A stretch of 64,000 nucleotides of DNA from a bacterium (lineage in GTDB: Bacteria > UBA8248 > JACPRG01 > G963555815): assembly GCA_965218795.1 (NCBI GenBank), contig OZ244653.1:2368001-2432000 (forward strand), read 5' to 3'. The position numbers were made by a program, and so were the translations under genes. Below are positions 18,508-28,359 of this stretch, in pieces. A model generated the notes under the pieces. It did not search any database and had not been told where the DNA came from. It was given only the letters and a program-made list of their open reading frames with translations. The number at the start of each line of letters is the position of its first letter. The stretch's first letter is position 1.

Positions 18508-19545
18508 TCATTTCACCATGATTTTGGGGAGGAACTCCGTCGTGTAGAGGTCGCTCACCGCGGGTTTCTTCTTGACCTTGTAAGCGTCCGCGATGGTGTC
18601 CCGCGTGAAGGCCACCTTTTTGTCGGACATGTAGCCGAGCCCGTGCTTTTTCGCCGCCGGAGTCACCAGATGGTCGATGGCGATCCGCCAGTGCGCCTTC
18701 GCGGTATCCCGGTTCAGAACGGGAACCTCCTTGAGGATGAACTCCGTGGCCTCTTCGGGGTTCTCAATCGCCCAGGCCAGGCCCTTGTACATCCCCCGCA
18801 TGTAGCGCCGAACCTGATCGGGATTGTTCTTGAGCTTCTCATCCGTCGTGGTCGTACTGTTGGAGTAGATGTCCACGCCGTGATCCGCGAACCGGAAGAT
18901 GAGGAGTTCCTTCCCCGCCTGCCTGGCCGCCTTTTTCTGACTCGGCTCGTTCGTGGCGTAGGCCCCCCAGCCGTCCACCGTCCCGGCCAGGCCGGAGGAT
19001 CCGAGGGCGCCGGGGCTCATGAATTGCCACGTGACTTTCTCGGGATCCAGGCCGTTCTTCCTCGCGAAGGCGGGGAACACCTTGTGGGTCGAGCTGAAAG
19101 AGGCGTCGGCCAGCGTCTTGCCGGCGAAGTCCTTGATGGCGTTGATCCCGCGGCCCTTGACGGTGACCACGGTCATCGGCGTTTTGGCGTGGAAGGCGCC
19201 GATCATCTTCACCTGGATTCCACGGGAACGGGAGATGGTCACAACACCGGCGTCGGGCGTCCCGAAGTCGGCCTCCCCGGCCTTGAGCCGCTTGACGGTC
19301 TCGGACGAACCCTTCCCGCGCACGATCACCAAATCGATACCTTCCGCCTTGAGAAAACCCTTGGCCTTGGCGGCGTAGAACCCGGCGTCCCGGCCGTAGG
19401 CGACCCAGTCCAGGGTATGGACCACCTTTTCCGCCTGCGACGGCATCGGCGTGCCGAAGACGGCAAACAATCCCAGCGCCAAGGCCGTGGATACGGCGAG
19501 AATTCTCGTTCGTCCGAAATGAGTCCTTGTCTTTGCTTGGAACAT
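18508..19545 (-). CDS. ABC transporter substrate-binding protein, NMT1/THI5 family
   Basis: LDWVAYGRDAGFYAAKAKGFLKAEGIDLVIVRGKGS; GGAGGAG RBS; paralog of 1446-2468. Confidence 0.9.
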   Translation of the reverse strand: MFQAKTRTHFGRTRILAVSTALALGLFAVFGTPMPSQAEKVVHTLDWVAYGRDAGFYAAKAKGFLKAEGIDLVIVRGKGSSETVKRLKAGEADFGTPDAGVVTISRSRGIQVKMIGAFHAKTPMTVVTVKGRGINAIKDFAGKTLADASFSSTHKVFPAFARKNGLDPEKVTWQFMSPGALGSSGLAGTVDGWGAYATNEPSQKKAARQAGKELLIFRFADHGVDIYSNSTTTTDEKLKNNPDQVRRYMRGMYKGLAWAIENPEEATEFILKEVPVLNRDTAKAHWRIAIDHLVTPAAKKHGLGYMSDKKVAFTRDTIADAYKVKKKPAVSDLYTTEFLPKIMVK

Positions 19546-19695
19546 CTCTCCTCCCTCCATCAAAAGGGTCGGCACAGAAAACGACAACAGTGAAGAACGA
19601 CAACATACACTAAACATGAAACGGCCGAAAATTCCAATCCGGCGCTCTCGCAATCTCTCCCGGTTCTCGATTTTTCGGAAAATGAAATTCCCGTC

Positions 19696-20343
19696 TCACA
19701 AATTTGCAGGAAAACGGGTGTTCTCATCCGTGGTTGCAGACTCAATCCGCTCCCGGGTGAGTCCGCGGACTCCTGTGAGATTCGTCAGCTGAAGGCATGC
19801 CCCCTGAAGGTCCGCCCCCTGAAGGTTGGCCTCCTCGAGATTGGCTCCTTCGAGGTGAGTTCCCGCCAGGACCGCTCCTTCCAGGTCGGCTTTTCGAAGA
19901 TCCGCCATTTGGAGGTGAGCCTCCCCGAGGTTGGCTCCCCGGAGAATGGCCCCGTTCAAGTTGTTGCGCAAAAGGGCGGCATTCTTGAGGTTGGCATCCT
20001 GAAAGTCCGTATGGTCGAGGGTGGCCTGCCAAAAATTCGCCTCTTCCAGATTGGCCCCGCGGAGGATTCCTCGGCTGAGATCGGAACCGCGAAAATTGGC
20101 CCGGCGGAGATCGGCGCCGGCAAGGTCGACTCCCCGGAGGTCCAGCCCCTGGAGGTCGGCCGGTTGTCCTTCCGTTCCCCCCGATTCCATGTGCTTCCGG
20201 TGAGCCGCCAGAATTTCCTCCAACTGTTCCCGGGGCATCTCCCGCAATGAAGATTGGCTTGGCCTTTCATGCTCAGAATGGCTTTCTGCATTCAATCGGA
20301 ACGCCTCCCTTCGAATCCGGAATGCCGAGTCGCGCTCATTCAA
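19696..20343 (-). CDS. Pentapeptide repeat protein
   Basis: Long A(D/N)Lxx repeat run after EILAAHRKHMESGGTEGQPADL; start could be 20238. Confidence 0.88.
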   Translation of the reverse strand: MNERDSAFRIRREAFRLNAESHSEHERPSQSSLREMPREQLEEILAAHRKHMESGGTEGQPADLQGLDLRGVDLAGADLRRANFRGSDLSRGILRGANLEEANFWQATLDHTDFQDANLKNAALLRNNLNGAILRGANLGEAHLQMADLRKADLEGAVLAGTHLEGANLEEANLQGADLQGACLQLTNLTGVRGLTRERIESATTDENTRFPANL

Positions 20344-20506
20344 TGATGTATACTAACCCGTAATCCAATTGACTTCTGACCTCATATGGAAGCTTTTGGC
20401 GAGAGACAACCCCTGCGCCCCTGCCAACGTCCGACTTGGGGTTTGCATCCCACTGAAGCGCATGGCTGTCCGTGTGCCCCGAAACTCCGGAAGGAAATCT
20501 CATTTC

Positions 20507-21823
20507 ATGCGGTTGCAAGAAGCCCTGGAAAGAGCACTGGCTGAACCGACAGGTCCTGTGGAAAGCGATCCATCGAATGATCAACTGAACGGAATCCTGG
20601 AGGCCGCGCGGTTGTCTCCCTCCGCCTACAACATGCAGCCCTGGCATCTTCGAATCCTTCGAACCCCGGCTGAACGGGAGGAGGCGGCCCGGGCCTTCTC
20701 CATCCCAAGTGACCCCAACGATGCGCAAGCCTGGCTCCTCTGCCTGATGGATCGGGATCGTATGCTTCCCGTCGCCGATCCGTTGGGGACGGAAACGTAT
20801 ATCGCGCTGGGGGCCCTTTGTCTCAATGTGAAGCTCGCCTCTGCCGCGCTCGGCCTCGCGTGCCGCCTCTTCAGCTCATCCGAATTCAAGATGACTCCTT
20901 GGCAGCCGGAATCGTTTTCCTTCCCTCCCAACCTGGAGCCCTACTTTGTATTCAGTATCGGAAAGGTGAAGGATGCGAACTTTGCACCTGAACCCGTTCC
21001 GGCCGTCTATCGACTGGATTCCTTTGGCTCCGGTCCGCATCACGCTCAACCCGTCCGCGAGACCGAAGCCTCCATGGACGCGCTCCAATGTGTGCGTCTT
21101 CGGCGGGTCGATCGGGACGCATTCCGGCGTGGAGACTCTTGGCCGGAGGATTGTGTCCGGATTCTGTCGTCCGGAAGAGGGGCCCTCGAAGCCCACGGCG
21201 CAGGAAAGGTGGAGTTATTGCTCGTCGAAGGCGACCGGGCGGCATTGGACCTGACCCGCCTCCAGAGCCGGGCATGGCGGAAAGCGATGACGAATCGAAA
21301 AAGGCTCGCTGAGATCAACGACTGGCTTCGATTCAGCATGCGCAAGTGGAAAAGGCGGGGAGATGGTGAGCTGGTCCATCATTTCGGGCTGGGTCCGCTG
21401 AAAAGGCTCATGGCCCGAATCGGACTCGGCACGGGCCTTGCCCCTTTGGGGCTCCGGTTCGGGGCGGGACACCTCTTTCTGAACGAGGTTCAGGCCTCGC
21501 CCGACACGACCGGCGCCTTCCTGGCGACGGTTCTGGAAGATCCCACAGGCCGGTTTCAAAGCGATGATCTGTACCGCCGGCAGATATTGACGGGCGTCGG
21601 GTCTTGCCTGGAGGCCATATGGCTGAGCGCGACAGCCCTGGGAGCCAGCCTGCAATTCCAGACATCCACCATCGTGGTGGAAGATATCCGGGCCGAGGTT
21701 CGAAAGGTCTTGGAAGTGCCGGACACCCACGACGTGCTCTCGCTGATCCGCATGGGGTATCCCGCCCGTGACACGTATTACACGAGCGTTCGACGGGACT
21801 TGAAGGATGTTGCGAACCCCTAA
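20507..21823 (+). CDS. Two-domain nitroreductase-family (Acg-like) FMN oxidoreductase
   Basis: ILEAARLSPSAYNMQPW; second domain RRVDRDAF..GSCLEAIWLSATALGAS..LIRMGYP..SVRR. Confidence 0.8.
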   Translation: MRLQEALERALAEPTGPVESDPSNDQLNGILEAARLSPSAYNMQPWHLRILRTPAEREEAARAFSIPSDPNDAQAWLLCLMDRDRMLPVADPLGTETYIALGALCLNVKLASAALGLACRLFSSSEFKMTPWQPESFSFPPNLEPYFVFSIGKVKDANFAPEPVPAVYRLDSFGSGPHHAQPVRETEASMDALQCVRLRRVDRDAFRRGDSWPEDCVRILSSGRGALEAHGAGKVELLLVEGDRAALDLTRLQSRAWRKAMTNRKRLAEINDWLRFSMRKWKRRGDGELVHHFGLGPLKRLMARIGLGTGLAPLGLRFGAGHLFLNEVQASPDTTGAFLATVLEDPTGRFQSDDLYRRQILTGVGSCLEAIWLSATALGASLQFQTSTIVVEDIRAEVRKVLEVPDTHDVLSLIRMGYPARDTYYTSVRRDLKDVANP

Positions 21824-21903
21824 AAGAATGATGTAAACTGTGATTCAATGAGCGTGAACGCTCTCCGACCCTGCGATTCGAATTCAAGTTTCGCATAATC
21901 CGC

Positions 21904-21949
21904 TGAATGTTTGAGCTTCCGGTGAATGTTTGAGCTTCCGGGGGGGGGG
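21904..21949 (+). repeat. Perfect 19-bp tandem duplication running into a G10 tract
   Basis: TGAATGTTTGAGCTTCCGG twice (21904-21941); G run 21940-21949. Confidence 0.9.
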
Positions 21950-22044
21950 CGGGGACGGATCTCGAAAGGATGTTTCAGGAGAGGTGAAGGCAAACGTTTA
22001 ATGAACCGGGGCGTCGAATCACAGTCAAACTGGTTTACGTAGGG

Positions 22045-22317
22045 ATGATCCGTCGGCTGATCGGTCGCCGGGAAGAGGAGCTGGAGGTCCCGGCGGGTAT
22101 TACGCTAGGGGGCTTTCTGGAGAGATTGATCGCGTTGAATGGTCCCGAGTTTCGCGGGCATCTCCTTACGGAGCAGGGAGAGATGATGCCGACGGCCAAT
22201 CTCATGGTGGATGGTCTGAACCCGATGAGCCGCGGCGGCCTGGACATGCGTCTTTGCGAACAGGGCGAGACGCAGATCGAGATTGTGGTCTTGGGACCTC
22301 CACCCATGGGCGGCTAG
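22045..22317 (+). CDS. MoaD/ThiS-family sulfur carrier
   Basis: C-terminal PPMGG; in-frame upstream RITVKLVYVG suggests the true start is earlier. Confidence 0.8.
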   Translation: MIRRLIGRREEELEVPAGITLGGFLERLIALNGPEFRGHLLTEQGEMMPTANLMVDGLNPMSRGGLDMRLCEQGETQIEIVVLGPPPMGG

Positions 22318-22402
22318 GTCCATGGCGAGGGGGGATGGCGCTTGCCCCTGAAGGCGCCATGGGTCCTCGCTGGAACAGTAGAAAAACGGAAAGGGAAGGG
22401 TA

Positions 22403-24988
22403 ATGGCAGCCTACCGAGTGGGAGCCCCGCCCGTCACTCCGGGTGAGGATATCTGGATCCCGTCCGTATGTGACATGTGTTACAACGCCTGCACGATCCG
22501 TGTGCGGCGGAAGGACGGGGTGGTGACCAAGGTCGAGGGCATTCCCGAGGCGGGCCCCAACTACGGGAAGATCTGCGCCAAGGGCAATGCCGCGCCCATG
22601 AACCTTTACAACCCCAACCGGATTCTCTTTCCGATGCGGCGCACCAACCCGGACAAGGGGTTCGGGGTCGACCCGGGCTGGGAAAGGATCAGCTGGGGCG
22701 AGGCCCTGGATATCATCTGCGAAAAACTGAAAAAGATTCACGAGGAAGACCCCCGGGGCCTTTACGGGGCCACATTCGACGGTCACGCCCAGCCTTTCTT
22801 TCTGGCCTTCATGAGTGGCTTTGGAAGCCCCAATGATTCGGCGCCCTCGGCTTCTTTTTATTGCGGGAACGGCGTGCACCCGGTGTCTTACGCGGTGACG
22901 GGGTCCAACGACGTCCACCCGGACTTGACCCAATGCAAATACATGATTCAGTTCGGGACGTATTATGGTTTTGTCGCCCAGATCAACGCCATGGGGATCG
23001 CCCAGGAGATGTCGGACGCCAGGGGCCGCCGCGGGATGAAAATGGTCGTGGTGGACCCGATGCTCTCTTATCCGGCCTCCCAGGCCGAGGAGTGGGTGCC
23101 GATATTGCCCGGCACCGATGCGGCCCTGGCGCTGGCTATGATGTACGTCCTGATCCACGAGCTGGGAATTTACGATGCGGAATATCTGAAGAAATACACC
23201 AACCTGATTTACCTGGTTGGGCCTGACGGCCGCTACATCCGGGATTCCGGCAACAGCAAGCCCCTGGTGTGGGACGGCGACGCGGCGTCGGCGCGGCCTT
23301 ACGACGAGGCGGATTCCATGCGGTGCGCGCTGGAGGGCGAGTACGAGGTCGACGGTACGAAGGTTCGGCCGGGCTTTCAGGTGTTCAAGGAGCACGTGCT
23401 CCAATACACGCCGGAGATGGTGGAGGGAATCACGACCGTTCCAGCGGCGACCACAAGGCGGCTGGCCAAGGACTTCGGTGAGAACGCGCAAATCGGCTCC
23501 ACCATCGAGATTGACGGGGAGGTTCTCCCCCACCGTCCGGTGGTGGCGACGTGGTACCGGGGGGTATCGGCCCACAAGCACGGGATGCTGAATGGAATGA
23601 CGATCGCCCTCCTGAATGTGCTGGTGGGGGCCGTGGATGTCCCCGGAGGTCTGCTGAACGGAGCGGCGGCGGGGCCGTTCTGGTTCCCGGAAGAGGGTGT
23701 GGACGGGCTCATTCGCACGACCAATCCGTTCACCCGGCACATGAAGCCCATTGTGCCGCCGGCCAAGGTGAAGGATCCGGAAACGCTGGAACTCGTCGAG
23801 CTCTTTCCGCTGGCGGTCTACGCGCGCGTGATGATGTTCCTGGGGGTCCTGGACCGGGAAAGGTACGGCGTTCCTTATGAACCGAAGATGATGATCCAGT
23901 GCCGGACGAACATCCTGTCCACGGCGGCGGACCCCGGGCTGATGGCCGAGGCGGTCAAGCGGATTCCGTTTTTCGTGTCCTTCTCGGACCACCACAACGA
24001 GACCTCGGAGTTCGCGGACATCCTCCTGCCCGATTCCCACTTTCTGGAACGCCTCACGCCCTTTGCCCATAACCCCTTCATGCAGTACCGTCATGTGCCG
24101 TCGCCCGGAGAGGGGTGGACGTTCAACTTTCAGCAGCCGGTGGTGGAGCCCGCGGGCGAGGCGCGCTATTGGGTCGAGGTGCTCTGGGAGATCGCGGAAC
24201 GAATGGGCATTCGGGGGGATGTCTATTCGGCTTTCAACGCCATCGTCCAGCTGGAGGAGCCGCATCGGCTGGACCCGAACCGGACCTATACGTGGGAGGA
24301 AGTCGCCGATATCTGGGCGAAGGCCCGATGCGGCGAGGAGCGCGACCTGGAGTATTTCCAGGAGCACGGGTACGCGGATCTTTACCGGCGAACGGTCCGG
24401 GAGAGCTACCCGCGCATCTTCCACAAGGGACGGATTCCCTTCTACCTCGAATACTTCATCGAAGCCGGGGAAGACGTGAAGCAGTTCACGCAGTCCCGGG
24501 GGATCGAGTGGGACACCTCGGACTACGTCCCGCTGATTCAGTGGCGTCCGTGCCCGGCGTACGAACACGACCATCCGGAATACGACCTGTTCGTGGTGAA
24601 TCACAAAGTGGCGTTTTTGACCTTCACCTTCACGGCGGAAAATCCCTGGCTGATGGATATTGCGGAGCGCAATTCCAAGATCTTCAACGTAGGGGTGCAT
24701 CCCGAGACGGCCCGGCGGAAGGGGCTGCGGGAGGGTCAGCGGGTGGTTCTGGAAACCGAATCGGGGCGGCGGCAGGAGGCATTGCTCCGTGTGACCGAAG
24801 GGGTTCATCCCCAGGTCCTATCCGTCCCCGGAATCCTGGGACGATGGGTTACCGGAAACCCTCAATCCCTCGGCAAGGGCGTGCACTTCAACAGTCTGAT
24901 CAAGTACTCCTTCGATCAGATTGATACGGTCTCGGCGGCGTTGGATTCCTGCGTCAAGGTGAGACTGGTTCCCGCCGAGTCAACCTGA
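22403..24988 (+). CDS. Mo/W-bisPGD oxidoreductase catalytic subunit (DMSO reductase family, PadB/PsrA-like), no Tat signal
   Basis: CDMCYNAC..ICAKG FS0 cluster; RTNPDKG..DPGWERISWGEA; FYCGNG; PGTDAALAL; ETSEFADILLPD; VHPETARRKGL. Confidence 0.92.
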   Translation: MAAYRVGAPPVTPGEDIWIPSVCDMCYNACTIRVRRKDGVVTKVEGIPEAGPNYGKICAKGNAAPMNLYNPNRILFPMRRTNPDKGFGVDPGWERISWGEALDIICEKLKKIHEEDPRGLYGATFDGHAQPFFLAFMSGFGSPNDSAPSASFYCGNGVHPVSYAVTGSNDVHPDLTQCKYMIQFGTYYGFVAQINAMGIAQEMSDARGRRGMKMVVVDPMLSYPASQAEEWVPILPGTDAALALAMMYVLIHELGIYDAEYLKKYTNLIYLVGPDGRYIRDSGNSKPLVWDGDAASARPYDEADSMRCALEGEYEVDGTKVRPGFQVFKEHVLQYTPEMVEGITTVPAATTRRLAKDFGENAQIGSTIEIDGEVLPHRPVVATWYRGVSAHKHGMLNGMTIALLNVLVGAVDVPGGLLNGAAAGPFWFPEEGVDGLIRTTNPFTRHMKPIVPPAKVKDPETLELVELFPLAVYARVMMFLGVLDRERYGVPYEPKMMIQCRTNILSTAADPGLMAEAVKRIPFFVSFSDHHNETSEFADILLPDSHFLERLTPFAHNPFMQYRHVPSPGEGWTFNFQQPVVEPAGEARYWVEVLWEIAERMGIRGDVYSAFNAIVQLEEPHRLDPNRTYTWEEVADIWAKARCGEERDLEYFQEHGYADLYRRTVRESYPRIFHKGRIPFYLEYFIEAGEDVKQFTQSRGIEWDTSDYVPLIQWRPCPAYEHDHPEYDLFVVNHKVAFLTFTFTAENPWLMDIAERNSKIFNVGVHPETARRKGLREGQRVVLETESGRRQEALLRVTEGVHPQVLSVPGILGRWVTGNPQSLGKGVHFNSLIKYSFDQIDTVSAALDSCVKVRLVPAEST

Positions 24989-25018
24989 TCGGAGGTCCGC
25001 GGGGGGAGGGAGGATACG

Positions 25019-25624
25019 ATGCCGCGATGGGGAATGGTGATTGATCTTTCGCTTTGCGTGGGTTGCTACGCCTGCACGATGGCCTGCAAAGCGGAAAACG
25101 GGACCCCGCCCGGAATCTGGTACGCACCGGTCTATGAGAAGGAGGTGGGGCGCTTTCCCAATGTCAAGCGCCTGTTCATTCCCACCCTTTGCAATCACTG
25201 TGAAGACGCCCCCTGCCTGAAGGCATGCCCGACGGGCGCTGTCTTCAAGCGGGAAGACGGGATCGTCATGGTGAACGAGGAGGTCTGTTGCGGAAGCCGC
25301 GCCTGCGTGGAGGCCTGCCCCTACGGCGCCATGCACTTCTATGAGGAAGAGAAGGGCGAGTTTGGCGACGAGCTGACGCCTCTGGAAAAACTGAACTTCG
25401 CTCAGTGGGATCCCGGAACGGTTCAGAAATGCACCTTTTGCGCGCACCGCATCGACGAAGGGCGTTACGAGCCGGCGTGCGTCGAGACCTGCCCGGCGAA
25501 GTGCCGGTTCTTCGGGGATCTGGACGATCCCCACAGCGAGGTCTCTAATCTTGTCCGAAACGGAAATGCCCAGCAGCCGCGCGAGGAATACGGCACCAAA
25601 CCCTCGGTCTCCTATTTGCGCTGA
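25019..25624 (+). CDS. 4Fe-4S ferredoxin subunit (DmsB/PsrB/NrfC-like)
   Basis: CVGCYACTMAC, CNHCEDAPCLKACP, CCGSRACVEACP, KCTFC..CVETCP. Confidence 0.95.
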   Translation: MPRWGMVIDLSLCVGCYACTMACKAENGTPPGIWYAPVYEKEVGRFPNVKRLFIPTLCNHCEDAPCLKACPTGAVFKREDGIVMVNEEVCCGSRACVEACPYGAMHFYEEEKGEFGDELTPLEKLNFAQWDPGTVQKCTFCAHRIDEGRYEPACVETCPAKCRFFGDLDDPHSEVSNLVRNGNAQQPREEYGTKPSVSYLR

Positions 25625-25651
25625 GAAACACCCGGGCGAGGGACACGAACG

Positions 25652-26587
25652 TTGAGTGCCGTCAATCCCTTTACCGTACGATTCGTGATGGAGCCCAAAC
25701 CTCAAACGGCTTGGGGTTTCAATCACGCCGTCTGGTTCTACGCCATGGGCGTAGGCGGGGCGCTTTATCTGCTTCGCGTTGCCTTCGGCGTCGAAATCGG
25801 AACGATTTTCGGGCTGAGTCTCGCCCACGTCCTCGGTCAGTCGTTCATCGGCATCGGCGGTCTGATCCTCATCGCGGATTTGGGGAAACCCCTCAGGTTC
25901 TGGCGCGCTATGATGAATCCGAGGACCTCCTGGATCTCTGTGGGCGCAATATGCGACTTTGTCTTTCTAGCCGTTGACGGTCTCTACATCCTGCCGGATC
26001 TCGATGTGGGAGGCGCCAGGCCCTTTGCGTGGATGCCGTGGGCCGACGTCTTTTGGGCGTCGGTGGTGATGCAGGCGGTTGCCGGTGCGGCGGCCTTCGT
26101 TGTGATCGTCTACCCGGGGTTGGTGCTGGCTGGATGCCCGGGGGTCCCTCTTTGGACCACCATGCTGATTCCTTTGCAATACCTCGTCTATGCGGCGGCG
26201 AGCGCCCTGGGATGGGTCCTGCTGATCACCTCGGCCGGCGACGGTCTATTCCCGGCGGCTCCCGTTTGGTCAGTGGTGGAAGCGGCCCTGCTGGGGGGTT
26301 GCCTGCTTTTGATCGTCGGCCATCTGATGGAGGGGTGGAACCGGGGGGAAACCGCCCGTCTCTCGGTCCGGAGGCTGTTGCGGGGGAAGATCGCGCCCTG
26401 TTTTCTCCTGGGGTGCGTGGCCTTCGGAACGGTGGTCCCCCTGGCGATGAGTCTGGGCGCGTTCTCGACCGGTGATCCCGTGCTCCGCTCCTCGCTCCTC
26501 GTCCTCGCCGGTTTGTTGGTGCAGCTTGGGAATTTCTACTCCAAGTATTGCGTCATCAAGGCGGCGATGTTCGCCCCGACGCTTTAG
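25652..26587 (+). CDS. NrfD/PsrC/DmsC-like membrane anchor
   Basis: Multiple hydrophobic segments; ADLGKPLRFWRAMMNPRTSWISVG. Confidence 0.88.
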   Translation: MSAVNPFTVRFVMEPKPQTAWGFNHAVWFYAMGVGGALYLLRVAFGVEIGTIFGLSLAHVLGQSFIGIGGLILIADLGKPLRFWRAMMNPRTSWISVGAICDFVFLAVDGLYILPDLDVGGARPFAWMPWADVFWASVVMQAVAGAAAFVVIVYPGLVLAGCPGVPLWTTMLIPLQYLVYAAASALGWVLLITSAGDGLFPAAPVWSVVEAALLGGCLLLIVGHLMEGWNRGETARLSVRRLLRGKIAPCFLLGCVAFGTVVPLAMSLGAFSTGDPVLRSSLLVLAGLLVQLGNFYSKYCVIKAAMFAPTL

Positions 26588-26810
26588 AGCGGATGGCTCT
26601 CCAAAGAGCCGGGACCTCCTCACGCTGTTCTCTCCGCCGAATTCCGGAAGCGCCTGAATCACGCAATGGTGAAAAACGTCTTTCAAAACTTTCAGCCCCC
26701 AAGTATACTTTTCCGGATCCCTCCACACTTGGATACGGGACGACGACCGCTGCCGTAGTTTGTATGGCGGTCGGGAGAGCATGTTGTGCGCATAGAGGTT
26801 GAAATGAGCC

Positions 26811-28292
26811 ATGGCACAAGTTGATTTGGTGGTGAAAAACGGGAAGGTCGTTCTCTCTTCAGGGATCATCGAAGGCGGCGTCGCGATCGACAAGGAGAAA
26901 ATCGTGGCCGTCGGACATGGAAATGTCCTGCCCGAAGGCCACCAGGTCATCGACGCCGAAGGAAACCACATCCTGCCGGGGGTGATCGACCCCCACGCCC
27001 ATCCGGGCGGCAAATATGATCTCGGCGATGACTGGAAGACCGAATCCCCGGGCGCCGCGGCCGGCGGCATCACAACGATAGGCGCCCTGACCCGCGTTCC
27101 CCGGATGGGGCAGAAGCCCTTCAAGGAAATTCCCGGCCCGGAAGACGTCATCTCGTGGCTGGACGCGTTCGATCTGGGCAAGCAGGTCAGCGAAGAGAAC
27201 TCCCTGGTCGACTTTTTCTTCACCCCCACCTTCAACACCATGCAGCACGCCGAAGAGATTCCCCAGTACTATGAAAAGCTCGGCATCACGTCCTACAAGT
27301 ACCACGGGAACCTCAAGGTCCACGGAGACAATCCGGTCAGTCCTGCCTGGTCCGCCCGGATCGGCATCCCTCTTCCCTATGACGACAGCCTCGCCTACGT
27401 CATGTTCGAAGAGGCGGGAAAACTGGGGCCGCATACGCATGTCGCGGTCCACAACGAGAACGTCGAGGTCGGCAAGGTCTTTATGGAGCGCCTGAAGGCC
27501 GAGGGCCGAACGGATTCCGGCGCGTGGCCGGATCGCATCCCCCAATGGCTCGAGGCCGAGCACATCAGCCGATACAGCTACTTCGCAAAAGTCACCCACT
27601 CGACCCATTACGTCCTTCATTTGAGCACGGCCGCCGGGCTGGATGAGTGCATCCGCCAGAAAGAGGACGGGGTCAGCCTTTGGGTGGAGACCTGCCCGCA
27701 ATGGCTGCTCGTTTCCGCATATGAGGAGTTTCCGGGCGTTCTCACCAAGGTGAATCCACCCCTCCGGAACCCCGAGGTCCAGGAGCGGCTCTGGGAAGGA
27801 CTGTCCAATGGCGCCATCGAGATCATGGGGACGGACCATGTGGTCACCAGCCTCCATGAAAAGCTCGTCAAGGGTGATACCTCCGACCACAAAGGGGACC
27901 CGGCCAAGGACGTCTGGGAAACCGGCTCCGGAATGACGGGCTGGGACACGCTCCTCCCCCTCATGCTGAGCGAAGGCGTGAACAAGGGGCGGATCTCCTT
28001 GCAACGGCTGGTGCAGGTCTGCTGCGAGAATCCGGCCCGGGCCTGCTGCATCTACCCCAGGAAAGGCGTCATCGCGCCGGGCTCGGACGGGGACCTCGTG
28101 ATCGTCGACATGAACCTGAAGCGAACCATCAGGGCCGACATGCTCCGGTCCAAGGCCGACTTCACGGTTTTCGAGGGAATCGAGAACACGGGCTGGCCGG
28201 TCACGACGATCCTGCGGGGCGAGGTCATTTACGATCACGGCGTGGTCACGGAGCGGCAGGGCGGAGGGAAGTATCTGCACCGCCCCTGCTGA
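26811..28292 (+). CDS. Cyclic amidohydrolase (dihydropyrimidinase/allantoinase family)
   Basis: LPGVIDPHAH; AAAGGITT; SYK; VHNEN; LHLS; ETCPQW; KVNPPLR; GTDH; KGVIAPGSDGDLVIVD. Confidence 0.9.
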   Translation: MAQVDLVVKNGKVVLSSGIIEGGVAIDKEKIVAVGHGNVLPEGHQVIDAEGNHILPGVIDPHAHPGGKYDLGDDWKTESPGAAAGGITTIGALTRVPRMGQKPFKEIPGPEDVISWLDAFDLGKQVSEENSLVDFFFTPTFNTMQHAEEIPQYYEKLGITSYKYHGNLKVHGDNPVSPAWSARIGIPLPYDDSLAYVMFEEAGKLGPHTHVAVHNENVEVGKVFMERLKAEGRTDSGAWPDRIPQWLEAEHISRYSYFAKVTHSTHYVLHLSTAAGLDECIRQKEDGVSLWVETCPQWLLVSAYEEFPGVLTKVNPPLRNPEVQERLWEGLSNGAIEIMGTDHVVTSLHEKLVKGDTSDHKGDPAKDVWETGSGMTGWDTLLPLMLSEGVNKGRISLQRLVQVCCENPARACCIYPRKGVIAPGSDGDLVIVDMNLKRTIRADMLRSKADFTVFEGIENTGWPVTTILRGEVIYDHGVVTERQGGGKYLHRPC

Positions 28293-28359
28293 TTCATCCG
28301 GCTGGGCCGGCCCTCCTTGAGACGGGAAGGGTGAAAAGCCAATCGCGGGAGCAGGGGAC

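Noticed and set aside
22202-24808. 868-aa minus-strand ORF, and similar long ORFs at 26859-28361, 28294-29796, 40703-42091, 45036-46448 and 59730-60950
   Set aside because: Antisense shadows of well-supported genes in GC-rich DNA, with no motifs of their own.
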